Position numbers and translations under genes: made by a program
Assembly: GCF_006345805.1 (NCBI RefSeq)
Contig: NC_043003.1
Coordinates: forward strand, 18,724,001 to 18,788,000
Direction of reading: 5' to 3'
Origin: Octopus sinensis
Lineage: Eukaryota
DNA length: 64,000 bases
Notes under the pieces: model-generated
What the model was told of the DNA's origin: nothing
Database searches by the model: none
The model's input: the letters and a program-made list of their open reading frames with translations, nothing else
Part shown: positions 27,570-41,585 of the stretch, in pieces
Layout: each line of letters begins with the position of its first letter
How positions within the stretch are numbered: position 1 is the stretch's first letter

Positions 27570-27765
27570 CTTCTATAGGCACAAAGCCTGAAATTTTAAG
27601 GAGGGGCTTAGTCAATTACATCAACTCCAGTGCTCAACTGGTATTTATTTCATCAATCCTGAAAGGATAAAAGGCAAAGTTGACTTTGGTGGAACATAAA
27701 GACAAGTAAAATGTCACTAAGCATTTTGTCTGGCATACTCATAATTCAGCCAGTTCACCACCTTA
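27570..27765 (-). mobile_element. SINE family B copy
   Basis: Same diagnostic block. Confidence 0.75.
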
Positions 27766-29858
27766 ATAATATAGGCACAAGGCCTGAAATTTGGGGATGT
27801 GTTTTTACACACTGGTTCAACTAAATACAGTTAAGAATCGAAGGTTTTGCTTTCTGATTACTATGTGAAATCAGAAGAATCTGTTGAAGAATGGTTAACC
27901 TTAGTGACATTATAAGAGAGCAAAAATGAATTTCAAAACCCACAGCATTCTCAAGAAAATTTTGAAACCCCAACAACCAAGAATCAAAACTGTTTCACTG
28001 GCTTTTCTTGCCAAGAACCCATCTCTAACCCACAATGCTTACCATTTATATTATTTTATTCCTTTACTCATGCCTGCAAGAGAACTGCTTTAAAGGGTTT
28101 AGTCAATAATACTGTATTTTAGATGAGAACTTATCGATTTCTAACTGCTAAGTAACAGGACATAAAAGTTCATAACATAACCACAAACAAAAGCATGAAC
28201 ACATATACACATACACGAAAAAAAAATACTCATAAAGCAGTGATCGACCAAAGGCTAGTATTGAACTTGGAACCTCATGATTGTAAAACAAACTTAACCA
28301 AATAGACATGCCGCCATCTGAATAAATACTTCAAGACATATGTGTACAAGTGTCAAAAGAATCAGTTATGCATGCAAACATATCTACATGTGCCCAGTTA
28401 AATTTACAAATTAGAGTTTATCAATAAATTTCCGTTGAATATTTTATAGCTACTTGACAGGAAAGATGAAAGACACAGAGGGAGTTAAGTGTCCTAAATA
28501 TTTCAACATTTAATTTTTATGTTCTATCAAATTTGTTTATGTTGATTCCAGAAATGTGCAAATAACTTCCATCCAACAAATTGCCAGGCTAAGTATGTTA
28601 ATAGAGACGCAATTACCAGCCTAATGTAGCTGCAATATTCATGAAGATTGTAACTTCAATGTAGATTCGTAAATTCAAACATTACTAGTGTTTAGCCAGA
28701 ACACAGAACCATTTATAGAGTCACTGGTGTTGCATGCAATATTTTTCTGAGGATAAAACTGAAATTTCTTTGGCTTGAGATTTCTATTTTGCCTCACAGT
28801 CATATATAAAAAACATCTTCCACTAATCTAAAAAATCATAGGTGAATCATAGAGGATTGAATAAGTAAACAGGTTTATCAGAGGGGCTGGCAATACACAT
28901 TGTATTACCAATACTACATGGTGTCTGAGATGATTAACTCTTAATGATCAAGTGATATAGTTCACTGCAGTTTGCAGTAGCCACACAGTGAAATTAACAA
29001 GTGAATCATCAAACTTGCAGTACTGGGTTCAGTTCTAGTCAAGCAAAAGGTGACCTGTTATCTTCCCATCCAGAGAGGAGTAATTCATTTCCAGAATACT
29101 TTATACTAAAGATGAGCATCAACTCTGGGAGTACTAACTTAGGAGTGTATCTGGTGCCAAAGAGATGGTTGAGACAAATTTACGCATGGAAAGCAGTTAC
29201 TAGTGAATTAAAAAGCACAGACTTACACAATTAAAATATAATTTCTTACACTGCCCCAGCCATTTAAAAAAAAAAGTAGAGAATATCACTTCAGAAATTG
29301 AACTATATATCAGTCACACATTATGTGATTATGATAACAATAATACACCAAGATGACCTGATAGACAACTAAACAATAATGATGGTTTCAAATTTCAGCA
29401 CAGGGCCAGCAGTTTTTTTAGGGTAGTGGGGAATTGATTATATCAACCCTAGAACTTGACAGGTACTTATTTCATTGACTCCAAAATGATGTAATGCAAA
29501 ACCAATTTCAGCAGAATTTGAGTTCAGAATGTAAAGATGGACAAAATACCAATAAACACTTTGTCTAGCATATTAATAGTTCCACCAGCTTGCCATCTTC
29601 AACCAAACAATAGCAGCAACAATCTGGCTTCTATAGTCAACATTATGAATCTAATCCTCATTTTTGTTGTTGTTACTAGTTACTGTTTAATCAGATTATT
29701 ACTGTTGCTATTGTGTAATTTTTCCCACTGAATAATAGCCAGGTAAAAGAGTATTAAGTCATTTATTGCTTATAAGAACTTGTTTGATTTATTAGCCAAT
29801 GTAATTAGTAATTATATTTCTTGTAGTATGTATACTGTTTATATTAGTCAGATTAGTG

Positions 29859-30286
29859 CATCTTGACTGTTGTTTTCACTACATTTTGGCTGTTGTATGC
29901 TCCAGCCTTCTTCAGGTGTCATATGTTGAACTTGGTTGTTGTATTGGAATTTTAAACTTAACCCTTTATTTGATTGCCAAGGAGGTACACAATTCTCATG
30001 CTGCTCTCTGTGTTTTGTAGTAGATAAAGACATTGGTCAATGCAGTGCAATCACCTAGGGGGTTCTGGGTTCAATCCCAGATCAGGAACTAAGGTAATTC
30101 ACAGAAATCAACTGAAGCAAAACATGTCACGAGACGCAGAGAGCAAAATGAGAACATTGTACCCTCGTGGATCGAATAAAGGGTTAAGTTTGAAATTCCA
30201 ATACAACAACTAAGTTCAACACAAGACACCCTAAGAAGGTTGGCATGTACAACAGCTGAAACATAGAGAAAGCAACAATCAAGATG
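29859..30286. mobile_element. Fold-back element: two inverted Penelope-like terminal repeats (~155 bp, ~80% identical by eye) around a B-box-containing spacer
   Basis: Arms 29859-30016 and 30131-30286 are reverse complements. The right arm encodes ESKMRTLYPRGSN (cf. the GIY-YIG end motif TLxPxGLN). Both arms carry decayed hammerhead cores. Spacer has GGTTCAATCCC at 30068-30078. Confidence 0.7.
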
Positions 30287-30689
30287 AGAACACAACTCCA
30301 ACTAATATAAAAAGTATACATAATATGAATTCCCCATCTAACAAATATAAAAATATTGTATATTTCTTGTAACAGATAAACATATACTAGAAGAAGAATG
30401 AATAGCTTTCTCTGGTGGTCTTGCCACTGTTTTAGCCTCAGCTCAACACTGATTGAATGCTGCTATGATCAAAAATACTCTAACCATGACCATCACATCT
30501 TTACAGAGATATGCAGGACTGCACTATCCAACATCTTACTGCTAAACTATGCAGTCGGCACTCAAAATTAAATTATCAATTAATCACATTTCCCAGTGCT
30601 ACTCAATGATTTTACAAACATTTCTATATAATAACCCAATTACTATATGATCAACAATCAACAATGAGGATTATAATTTCACTAATGAT

Positions 30690-30950
30690 CAATCTCCTTT
30701 CCCAAAGTGCTGAGTTATAGGAATGTAAACAAACCAACACTAGTTTTCATGTGGCTGCAGGTGACAAATACACATACACACATGCATGCATGTATGTATG
30801 TATGTATATGATAGACCTCCACACAGTTTTGTCAACCAAATTCACCCACAAGGCATTAGTTGGCCCAGGACTAAGGTAGAAGACACTTGCCGAGATGCCA
30901 CATACTGGAACTGAACCTAAAACCAAATGGTCGCAAACTAAGTTTGGTCA
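30690..30950 (-). mobile_element. SINE family A copy (diverged)
   Basis: GAAGACACTTGCC...GAACTGAACC block (reverse head). Confidence 0.7.
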
Positions 30951-31689
30951 CTTAACCAGAGAATCATGACCTCTTGTTACAGCACTATATTGAATCAAGA
31001 ATAAAAGATTATTTTTACTAAGTGATGTTATCCTACAACAGAGAAAAACAGAAAAGATGGAACTGGTTGTAAATCATAGAAAAATGTGGAAACTGGTGAA
31101 TCACTTAGCGATTTACAACGCTGAGCTTTGAATGCATTCACAAAAATAAAATTTAAAAAAGAAAATTTTAAAAAGTAAGTAGCTACTTATATAAAAATAT
31201 ACATCAAAAACATATTCTTTTGCAGAAATAATACTACTGTCATCAATGATAGAAGAAGTTTGACTTTTCTTGCTATTACCAATTCTAGTTACTAAGCAAC
31301 TACTGACTTTTAAACCAGACTTGTTCAGGTCACCTAGATAACATAGCTTGGTTAATATTTAATGACTTATTACTGCAATCCATTTTCTTCATGTCCAGAC
31401 TTTATGCACTGTCAATTTTGCATTAATGAACTTAGTGCACAAGCAAGCCAAGTTCACTGTCAGATGCCCTTAGTGTCAACATAGTAACACTGTCTGAATT
31501 ATAATCTATCCTTCACACTCAAGGGCTGAACTAGTTAACTGCTGCTCAGTTCCTAGAGTCTGCAGACATTACATATATTAGATAATACTATTTCAGCTTC
31601 TCTCATATTTGTCTGTAATTCATTGATACAAGCACTTCTGTCCAGGTAAGAAACATGTGTCTGAAGAACAAAAACTGGCAATCATTTTG

Positions 31690-32030
31690 TTTCAGCTGTT
31701 AGACAGTGACTATGCTGCGGCATCACCATGAAGAGTATTCATAGAACAAAGTGATACCAATATTTTTTTTTTCATGGTCTGGTACTTTTGCCAAACTACT
31801 AAATTACAGGGATGTAAACAAACCAACACTAGCTGTCAAGAGGGTTTTGGCAAACACAGAAGCACATACATATTCACACATGTACACAAACAGACTTCCA
31901 CAAGGTTTCTGTTGAGCAAATCCACTCACAGGCACTAGTTGGCTTGGGGCTTTAGCAGAAGCTTGGTCAAAGTGCTATTCAGTGGGGCTGAACCTAAAAT
32001 CATATAGTTACAAACCAGGCTTCTGAACCA
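31690..32030 (-). mobile_element. SINE family A copy (diverged)
   Basis: Reverse head and tail modules. Confidence 0.7.
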
Positions 32031-32407
32031 CAGAACTTTTCTTCTTTTTACTGCTTTGGCTGTTGGATGGAAAATGATTTGGGGTTCAGGGCAGAAATGA
32101 AAAGTATGGCAGTTTAGTTTTAAATACAAAGAGAGAAAAAATTGTACATTTTGCTTCATGGGAAAGGGCACTGCCCCAGTTCAGGAATTGAAGAGTCAAT
32201 TGGTTGGGTTAATGATCAATTTTAATTGCTCTAGGTTACTAACAGGAGAAAAAGAATAGACAAACAGAGTAAGATTTTCAAGGAGATGCAATCTTTAAGA
32301 AGAAAGATTACAAAAAAAAAAGAGGACTTAGAGGTTTGAGACATTGTGGGAGATGAGACCAAAAAAAGTGAGAGTATGAAATCAATAGACTAGGACAGAA
32401 AGTTGAG

Positions 32408-32730
32408 CAGGCATGGCTGTGTGGCACTTTGGATGTGTTGTTTATTATAACACCTGGTCAATCAATGCTTCATGAGTGGATTCGGTAGGTGGAAATTGTG
32501 TGGAAACCTGTTGTGCCTATGTGTGTTTATGTATCTGTTCACCACCACCATTGACTAACAATTAGTGTTGGTTTGTTTACATCCCCATAATTTAGCAGTT
32601 TGGCAAAAGAAACAGATAAAATAAGTAACAAACTTTAAAACCTGGAACTGGGAGTCAATTTTTTCGACTACACCCTTCAAGGTAGTACCCCAGCATGGCC
32701 ACAGTCCTATAACTGGCCAAGCAAAATGTA
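32408..32730 (+). mobile_element. SINE family A copy (diverged, head partly deleted)
   Basis: GGCATGGCTGTGTGG start; CCCCAGCATGGCCACAGTC tail. Confidence 0.7.
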
Positions 32731-35147
32731 AAAGATAAAGATATTTACCAACATTGTTGTATCAGTAACATAAGAATTTACCAGAACAATGGAGTAATGG
32801 TTAGAGTGTGTTTGTGAATGGTGGCTTCTAATAGCAAATGACTGATACGCAAGACATTCATTCATGGGAGGATTAGCTTTCACTTGTAAAGTGCACAAAC
32901 TACCTTGAACTAAACTATTACATTATAAATACATAAGTTCAAGAAAGTGTAAGGAACAGCCAACAATTCCTGTTTCTGAATCGAGAAAATTATTACGAGT
33001 TGAAAGATGTTTGAGGTGGTAAAGATAGTTATCGTAGGGAATGCTGCCAAAGAAACAAACTGACTTCTTTTATAAGTGCTTTTATAAGCGAAAGTCTAAC
33101 CAGGTAAGAATTATCAAAACGTATTTCCATGGCCTACATTTCAATAATATACAGTGTTCCCGAGGATATTTTAGCAAAGACTCTCTTCACTAATTACCTA
33201 TTATCTTCAGATTCACACATAATTAAACAATATCTCTTTTCATGATCAAACTGCCAAGCTATAAACTGATAAAAGAGTATTCAATACCCAAAAATGCAAT
33301 TTATCATGTAAATATTTTCTAAAAATTACTTTTCCACTATTATTTTGATTAAAAATATAAAAAGCACCCCCCCCCCCCCCACTAAAAAAAAACAAAAATG
33401 ATGAATAATGATTCTGTTTCATTATGAACTCAAAACCAATAGAGAAAGAGTATGTGAAGCCATGGAAACAATAGATAAAAATGCATTTTTATTTTTATTT
33501 ATATATATATATACTGATTAAAGAAATCATTTTTATAGTAAACCAAGCTATCTTGTAAATTTTTTCATTACACAAATTAAATTGTTAAAAATATAATCCA
33601 ACGATAAGGACAATTCATCTTTATGAGAAAATACCTCCTGTTTATATATATATATACATATATATATACGCGCGCGTGAGTATGTGTGTACACATTGTAC
33701 GTTCAGTTAAAAGAGTATCGTACAAAAAAGCTCTGACATGATAAGAAAGGAAATTAAATGCACTGACCAATATACTCTTGACTTCAGTAGTTAGCCTGAG
33801 GGAAAATTTTTCAGAACATTCCTAGCAAGGCTAGAATAAACATCTGGCAGCATCATAGCATGAAATTGGCAAATTAAAAGTCAAATATCACAGGACTACC
33901 CTTTCATTTCCTAGATCAACAAGTAATCAATACATTTTAACTAGTCAAGCATAACTAGAGACAAGCTTACAGGATGTGTGATCCAATCTCATGAAATAGA
34001 TTTTAAAATGTCAGCAATGATTGCTTAAGTTAGTTTGTATTATCTTAATGGGTTTTAAATGGACTAGTTTTTATACATGCACAGAAAAGCAAAAAGAAGA
34101 AAAGAAAGAAAAATAGAAAAATAAATATTTAAGGAATTTCCACACTGTTTCTTCAAGAGATTGCCTATAATGGGAATATTTAATGTTTTATTGGTAGATC
34201 TATTGATAATCTAAAACAAATCAAAATATCTATATTCTTTAATAAGTACAAGAGACTAAAATCTCTTCCATGAGTGATCAGAAAATTCATCATTTAAAAC
34301 ATGCAAACACACACACATACATTTTCTAGTTTTATTAGTTTTATATAAATTTTAGTTTTTTTTAACCTTTCTATTCCATCATCATTATTTTTACAAAGCC
34401 TTTTCTCTGCCAGCATGTGTTGGATGGGGCATTGTAGATTGAGTCAACTCTTAGACAGACAAGTCTGTCTTGTTCATCTGTTCCATTTTTGATATGTGTT
34501 TTTATAGCTGAATGCCCTTCCTATTGCCAACCCCTTTACAGAATGTACAGGATGCATTTTATCAAGACACCAGTACTCGAGAGATTGTCTTCTCCTCAAC
34601 AAAAGAAAAGAGTCCTCTCTTACCCAATATGATTTCCATTTGCTCGTTCGCCAACACCAGAAGGTTGTCTTGTTCTCAGCAAATAGAAGTGACTTTGATG
34701 TTAGACGACCAATGCAAGAATGTGATAGAAGAGAGAGTAATAGAAAAGAATCAAAGAGAGAAGTTTTAAAAGGTAACAGAGATGAGCAGAGGAAGAGAGT
34801 GGTGAACAGCTAGATGATAATTGTTGGTAAGGATATTCAATATAAATAGCATGAGGAGAGGAGAGAGAGAGCAGGGTAATTGAAGAGAAGGTACTGTAAG
34901 TGAGAGAGAGAGAAGTGCTGGAAACAGAAAGAGAGAGAGCTAGGAAAGACAGTAAGCATTATAGATGTCAATAATGAGTGATAGAGGAGAGAGTAATCAT
35001 CAGTTACTTTGGTGTAACCACCAGTTACTCTGGTTATCCTAGCATACACCAGAGCTGCATCTTGTCTAGGCTTATTCTTTTTCTAATCAATTGTACTATA
35101 ACTCTTTCAGTAACTTTGATAACCTAGTTCATCAATTTAATGCTTCT

Positions 35148-35270
35148 CTAGCTACCACTCTCTAAAGCATCTCCTTTGCTCTTGTAGAAGTGGATGGTGA
35201 TATTATTATGCCAGTAATTGGTGATAACACCTTTCTCGACTACCTGACTGACTATGAGTGATGGATGTTG
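35148..35270 (-). mobile_element. Second short RTE RT N-terminal fragment
   Basis: IVSQVVEKGVITNYWHNNITIHFYKSKGDALES; paralogous to 37030-37140. Confidence 0.65.
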
Positions 35271-35699
35271 AGTGATGGATAGCAATAAAAATTTGAGATA
35301 AGAGTGGAGGTGACGGATGGAGGTGCCGGATGTCAATAATCAGTGGATAAGGGTTGGAGAAATGGGACAGAGAAAGAGTAGATGATGGCTATTGATAATG
35401 AGAGGATGGTGGTAAGTGGGAGACTGAATCGAGACAGATCCAATTAATGACATCCCTCGTTACATAGGCAGTGCAATGGGGGTAGGGGTGACAGTAGGAA
35501 GATATATTAATGAGAAGGTGGGAGAACAATAGATATGAGAGTCTCAAAAACACAAAGAAACAATATATGAAGAATTGATAGGAGCATAATAGTCAGGAGA
35601 GATCTAATTGTAGATATTAAGGCATCTCATTTTCCATCTCTGACATCAACCTCTTTTATATCCGGTCTTCTGTACTTGTATCTATTGAGTGAGTCCCCT

Positions 35700-37140
35700 T
35701 TAGTACAATGATTCATAGGCCCCTTTTCCTCCTCTCCTTCCCAGGATTCAGCCTTCTAAAATGAGTCTTCCAGAATTTATCCCATAGCCTTCTTCTTCCA
35801 CAGGTTCCATCCATAAAGAGCACTTGGCATATCATTAAACAAGCGGCATTCTCCATACATGACCATACCCACATAGTTGTCTCTCCTTCACACTCCATCC
35901 AGTTACTCCATGTCAAGTCTTTTCTTTCACTGCATTTGTACTCCACTGTCATGCACGCTAACAACATTATGCATCCAGCAGAGTATGGTCACCACATTTC
36001 TTTTCAATTTTCTCAAATCTTCCACATTCAAGGTCCATTTTCCAGACACACATCATACATAAATAGCATACAATAAGAAAGAGAAATCTTTTGCTGCAAA
36101 GTAGTGGTAGCAGCTCCCTGAACTTTTTCCACCACACTAACTCTGGCAACTGGGCTTTTGGAACAGTTGCCTCCACTTCAAATTTGGTCATCTATGTAAC
36201 AAAATCTATCAACTACACCAGGGATCCTTCTGAACACTTGAAGGAATTCATTTCATATGAATTCTTACTGCTAGCAACTCCCGTGCACCTGCCGCATATG
36301 AAGCTAACCTACCTTCCTTGTCAGACTGCCTGTGGTCTCACAACACTTCTAATGTATCCATAGATTAAAATTGGGTATAGTGTATTGAATTTCTACATAT
36401 TTTTTCTCTGCATATCAAACATGGCCATTTCTAGTGACAGTAGGGTCCTATCATCTTTGCTAGATTTACTGTGAAGCATCCATTTTAAGTAATGTTTCCA
36501 AGCCTGGAATTTCTTCATTAATTCTTTGAACAATTCAGCTATGACAACTAGGTAGAGAAGTGTTTCTAAGGACAACCATTCTGAAACATCTATTGTGGCT
36601 CAAAGGACAACAGTAAACAAAGGCAGAACAGAAAAAGAACTAAGCCCTGATTAACGCCAACCTGAAAACTAAATTCTTCATGGAACTCATTGTTAATCCT
36701 CTCTCACCTTAATGATACCACCTTTGTACATGGCTTGCAAGAAAGACTTACACACCACTCACCTTATACATGTTACCTTAGTAACTGCCAGTCTTGTGAG
36801 CATGAAGCACTGTCAAGGGACTTCTCCAGGACCACAAAAGCTAAATAGAATGGCTTAGTCTAGCCAAGTACGTCTACAGTTGTTGTTTCACTAAGAACAT
36901 GGAATTAGTGGCACCTGTCTGGGTATTAACCTGAAATGAGTCTTGTCCAGGCTAATTTTTTTCCAAATCAGTTGTGCTATAACTTTTTTTAGTAACTTTT
37001 ATACCTTCATCCATCAGTTTGATGCAACCTGTCTCGCTCTAAAGCATCTCTTTTGCTCTGGTATAACTCGATGCCAGTATTACACCAATAACTGGATATG
37101 ACACATTCCTGTACTACCTGACTGACTACGAGTGGCTAAC
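35700..37140 (-). mobile_element. Decayed RTE-clade LINE, reverse transcriptase to C-terminal region
   Basis: Colinear remnants: YQSKRDALE (cf. YKGKGDALE), KVIAQLI, LLY-LVVIAELFKELMKKFQAWK (degenerate YADD region), WKKFRELLPLL, NVEDLRKLKRN. Many stops and frameshifts. Confidence 0.85.
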
Positions 37141-38634
37141 ATATTATCTGCTTCAAATATTTTAAGTGTCTCAGTGATTATACCAACCCCAATGACCCAG
37201 TACCTTCCCTTTCTTCATATCCTTAATTGTGCCTTTGATCAATTGGCTGTCAATTTCAATGGTTGATCCGTCAAAGTTATATGATTATATTTTTCCATTT
37301 ATGAAAATTATCACTGAATTCTGACTCTTAGAAATATACAATAAAAATATACATTTTTAAAAGGTTACTGACTAACAATTAATAAAACTGTTTTTAAATG
37401 ATTCATTACTTGTTTTATTCTAATAGTTTTTTTTTTCCTCTTCTTCCATAAACTGAAACTAGTGATTGGAACATTAAGAACCATTCTCCATTTCTCCCTC
37501 CTCAACATTTTTCTTTTTTTTTTTTCTCTTTTTTTTTTTTATTTGACATTAAACTAACTAATGCAGCATTCAGCAACATTTTGGTAAGGATATTCAATTC
37601 AAAGAAAGTATGTGTGTCACAAGGACCATGTATCAAATATTTCAACTTGACAAATAGAGAGCAATCATCACCAAAATATAATTTTTAACAACTTCTTCCT
37701 TTCTGTTTTTTTTTTTTTTTTTTTTCTTTTACTGGTTTCAGGTTCCGGTTTGCCTTCATGGATGTAACCATTATTGCCATTCCAACACCGCTGTATAATC
37801 AACAGGCACTCATTTCACTGACCTCACAAGGTGGAAAAGCAACAGCAGTCTGAGGATTTGAGCCCAGAACGTAAAAAGGTATCACTATCACAAGCCATTT
37901 TCTATGGTACTCTACAAATTCTACACTCTACCATTAATTCATTACAAATTTAATACGCTTAATCATCGGAGACATTTAAATAAGTGCTCTATTCAAGGAT
38001 ATCACTTAATAATCCCAATATCCAAATGTTCTTAACTAACTTCATTGAGGCAAACCAGTTTAATTCAGCCCATTAGCGTGTGTGTGTGTGTGTGTACGTA
38101 CATACGTACGTATGTGGTCATGTGTCACCCTGATCTCTAGACTTATAGATATTAAGGTTTGCACACTTGTTACCTTTTTAAAAAGTCATCTCTGTCACTA
38201 CTGAGACCAGGAACAAAAATAATAAAAGCACATCCAGCCTATATTGCTTAATAAAAGAAAATATATGCCTACAAGTGGATCATTTGGAGAGAATCCAATG
38301 AACGCTAATGTTCCAAATACCAATAACTCTTATAGATTTACTCCTCTACACAGACAGAAAGGAACAGCAGATTTAATGGAAAGCTGACTCCTGCAACTAA
38401 GTCCATCTGTACTGAGATGTATAAAAGAGAACCCAATAAAACTAGCAGCTATTTGATTTTATGTATCAGCCCTGAGCAAGGAAACCTCAGATGTGCTTTT
38501 GCAACAGGATGTAGAAAGAGTACTAAAAATTAGAACTGTGCTTTGCTGTCCTCCACAAAAAAGAAAAACCCATTAGTGCACTCACATGCAAATGCCCACA
38601 TGCCAGTGTAAATGCATGTATATGTGCATACCCT

Positions 38635-38665
<31 letters not shown>

Positions 38666-40427
38666 ATGTATACTAGTGTAATCCTTTGCCTCGAGCCGAG
38701 TCCCTCTTTGTGAAGAGGTGACTTATTCATTTTTGATTAATAAAAACCATCAAGACTGAAATTAGTGCCGGGATCAACACGATGGATTAGTGAAGGCAGT
38801 GCCCCAACAGGGCTGCATTTTCTGCATGAAATGCAACAAAAGAATAAGGAAAAGAATATACACATATACATACATGCACACAAACATAAACCAGATACAT
38901 ATAAAGACATATAGCTCAACAGACACAGTTTATGGGTATTAAAAGGCAAGAGACTGTTTTAGGAGCTCATTTCCAAAATAGAACAGTATTCTTGTGCATT
39001 TAGCTTTGTTGATTTATTATTTATTAACTGTCATTAGTTTATTCCTCAGAGGAATATTTTGTACATAGCATTCACACTCAGCAACACACAACTCACTGCT
39101 AAAATGACACCTTGGAGTTCTTTCCTTCTTTTCATTTTATATTAGTAATGATATGCAGTCGTTTATTTGGCAGAAAATTTTTTTTTTCCTTTAGAGGAGC
39201 ACACTAGTTTGGCATTGGCAAATGCCTAATGAAACAGGGTTAATGGTCACAAGTCATTGCAATTCTCATCTTCCTGAGAAAAGCTCTGAGCAGTTGGGAC
39301 CTGCAAAAGAATAGCTGCCAAATCCCCCACAAATCACACACCCTATCTTTAAAAGGAAGGACATGGTAAATGCATTATGCCTGAAGATGAAAAAAAAACA
39401 AAATGGGATGGTCATGGTAAGATTGACATTGATTGTAAGTCTACTTAGTCGGAGCTGACTTGGCTTTTTTTGAAATTATAGCTACACTTGTTCTCTAAAT
39501 ATATTAAGAAAGTGAATTTGCTCTTCAACAAGTTGATGTTGCAGAACAGTTTAGCCATCAACATATCAACATTTTGATTTTCAGCAGAGCTATAACAATA
39601 TCAACTGGTGCCCATCTTAACAAATTCAAACCCATAGTCTTTATCTTAAAACAGTTAAGAAGTTGTCTAAACTAATGAAATCCTGCATGCCGCATATGAC
39701 TGATTAGAGAAATGATTTACAAATAACCATGAGTAAATAAATATCTCTTTAAATAAATATCTCATTCAGGAGAAGGAGGTGATAGAATTAGAAAATGAAA
39801 GTGAATACTTTTCAAGAGAAAAATAGCTTTCAGAACAATGGAATATAACCACATTTTCAACTGGATTTCTGATCTATATAATAACTATTTCAGCAACACG
39901 TCTGAATGATAATGAAAAATGAAAAGCTAAAAACTACCCAATCCATAAATTTTATATGACTACATCAGCTCAGACCATATCCAACTATAAGCATACATAG
40001 AGATTATCGCATCAAATTTAACATGAAACCATTTTTGGAATATTTTTTTTAACAAAATATACCAGATTACAAAGGAAAAAAAAGTTAGGGGAATTTTTTT
40101 TCTGTTTCTCAGCAGTTATTGTTTTAACTATAAGGAATAAATATTTCAATAGATAACTAATTTTGCTTAATGCATACAAATTATAACAGAAAAAGGAGAA
40201 AAAAGTTGCTGTTTTTTTCCCTAATTATTAGTAAATCTTTTAGCTATGAGGACTAAATATTTCATTAGCAAACTAATTTTCTTAATGAGTAAAATACTAT
40301 TGTGATGTTAATTATATACAAACTGGCAACTAGTAAAAAGTACCTCTAACTCAGAAAATTGCTTTATTATTCTTTCAAAACATTAAAAATATTAGTTGTT
40401 TTTTTTTTGTCCATGTTAAAAACTTAC

Positions 40428-40535
40428 CTGAACAAAATACTTGAGATGCTTTATATCATTATTCTTCAATCTTGACACAACATGATCAATCCCCCGCAAA
40501 TTAACGTCTAAGTGTAGATTAAATCCGTTAGCCAT
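40428..40535 (-). CDS. Candidate alternative first coding exon of liprin-alpha (36 aa: MANGFNLHLDVNLRGIDHVVSRLKNNDIKHLKYFVQ)
   Basis: ATG at 40535; 36 uninterrupted codons ending at CAG|GTAAGT (donor 40427-40422). Phase 0 matches the acceptor of the 14920 exon, on the same strand. Non-repetitive sequence; no convincing acceptor just upstream of the ATG. Confidence 0.6.
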
Positions 40536-41514
40536 CGAGTCAGATGACAACAAATATATACATATACATATATATATATAAATATATATATATATATTTA
40601 TATTTATTTATATACAAACATAAAATATTAATGATCTCAAAAATATCTACTTTGACTTTCTTTAATGCCAAAAACTACACTTTTTGGCATTCTCTCCTTT
40701 AAAAAAATACTTTATATTCAAACTTTCTGTGGTGTATTTGTTTGGTGGATGTATGTATGTGTAGGTATTATATATGTATATATAGATATATATGGGTATG
40801 TGTGTATATATGTATGTATGTATATATACTCATACAATGGTGGTATTATTTTCTTTACACTTGCTTTTTTTTTTTACTTAGACGAAGTAAAAATAAGACT
40901 AAAATAATATATATATAAAAAAAGGGGGAAAAAAGAAAGATAAAGTAAACCACACAACAAGAGAAACTAAACTGCAAGGTGATGGGGTAATGAATGAAAA
41001 GATAAATTTATATCCAGAGGTTGCAGAATAAAGAGGTAAATCCACTCCAATGGTAGATATCCATGGAAAAAAGAGGTATCCATTAGTTTAATCCATGGTA
41101 GTAAATATGAAATGTTCATCAGCTTGGAAGTAACTTTACACAGCCTCATTGTAGCCAAATAGTAACACATGGCTACAAACAATTGCATCCAATGCTGAAG
41201 AATGGTTATGGCTAATTACAGCTTAATGTTTGCAGACACTGGTGGGGGTAAAAGAAAAGGGGAACAAAAAAAAAATGAAAATGAATTGAATTGCTTCACA
41301 ATTACAAAGCTTTCACCACTGATTAGACACAAGCTGCTGTTACTGTTGCTACCATCCCAAAGTATCCATCATATGTATGCATCAAAAACCAATATATTTT
41401 ATCCTTAGTGATTCTGATAGGTTGACAACACTGTGGTTACCAAAAGATGAAGCATGCTGATTACGTTCACATCACTATCTGCAATAGAAGCTACTCCAGC
41501 TGATGAAACTGCCT

Positions 41515-41585
41515 CGGTAGTAGCAGTAGCAGTGGGGGTGATATTAGCAGCGGCAAGATCAGCAGCAGCAGCAGCAGAAGCAGAG
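41515..41585. repeat. Imperfect (AGC/AGT)n trinucleotide tract
   Basis: gtagtagcagtagcagt...agcagcagcagcagcagaagcag. Confidence 0.8.

Noticed and set aside
28043-28073. 31-nt pseudo-exon with good acceptor (TTCTCTTGCAG) and donor (GTAAGC), immediate TGA in phase 0
   Set aside because: Could be a poison microexon, but such pairs arise by chance in large introns and nothing else supports it.
30017-30100. Possible tRNA gene; also the many SINE heads
   Set aside because: B-box present but no cloverleaf or acceptor stem; these are tRNA-derived SINE-type heads.
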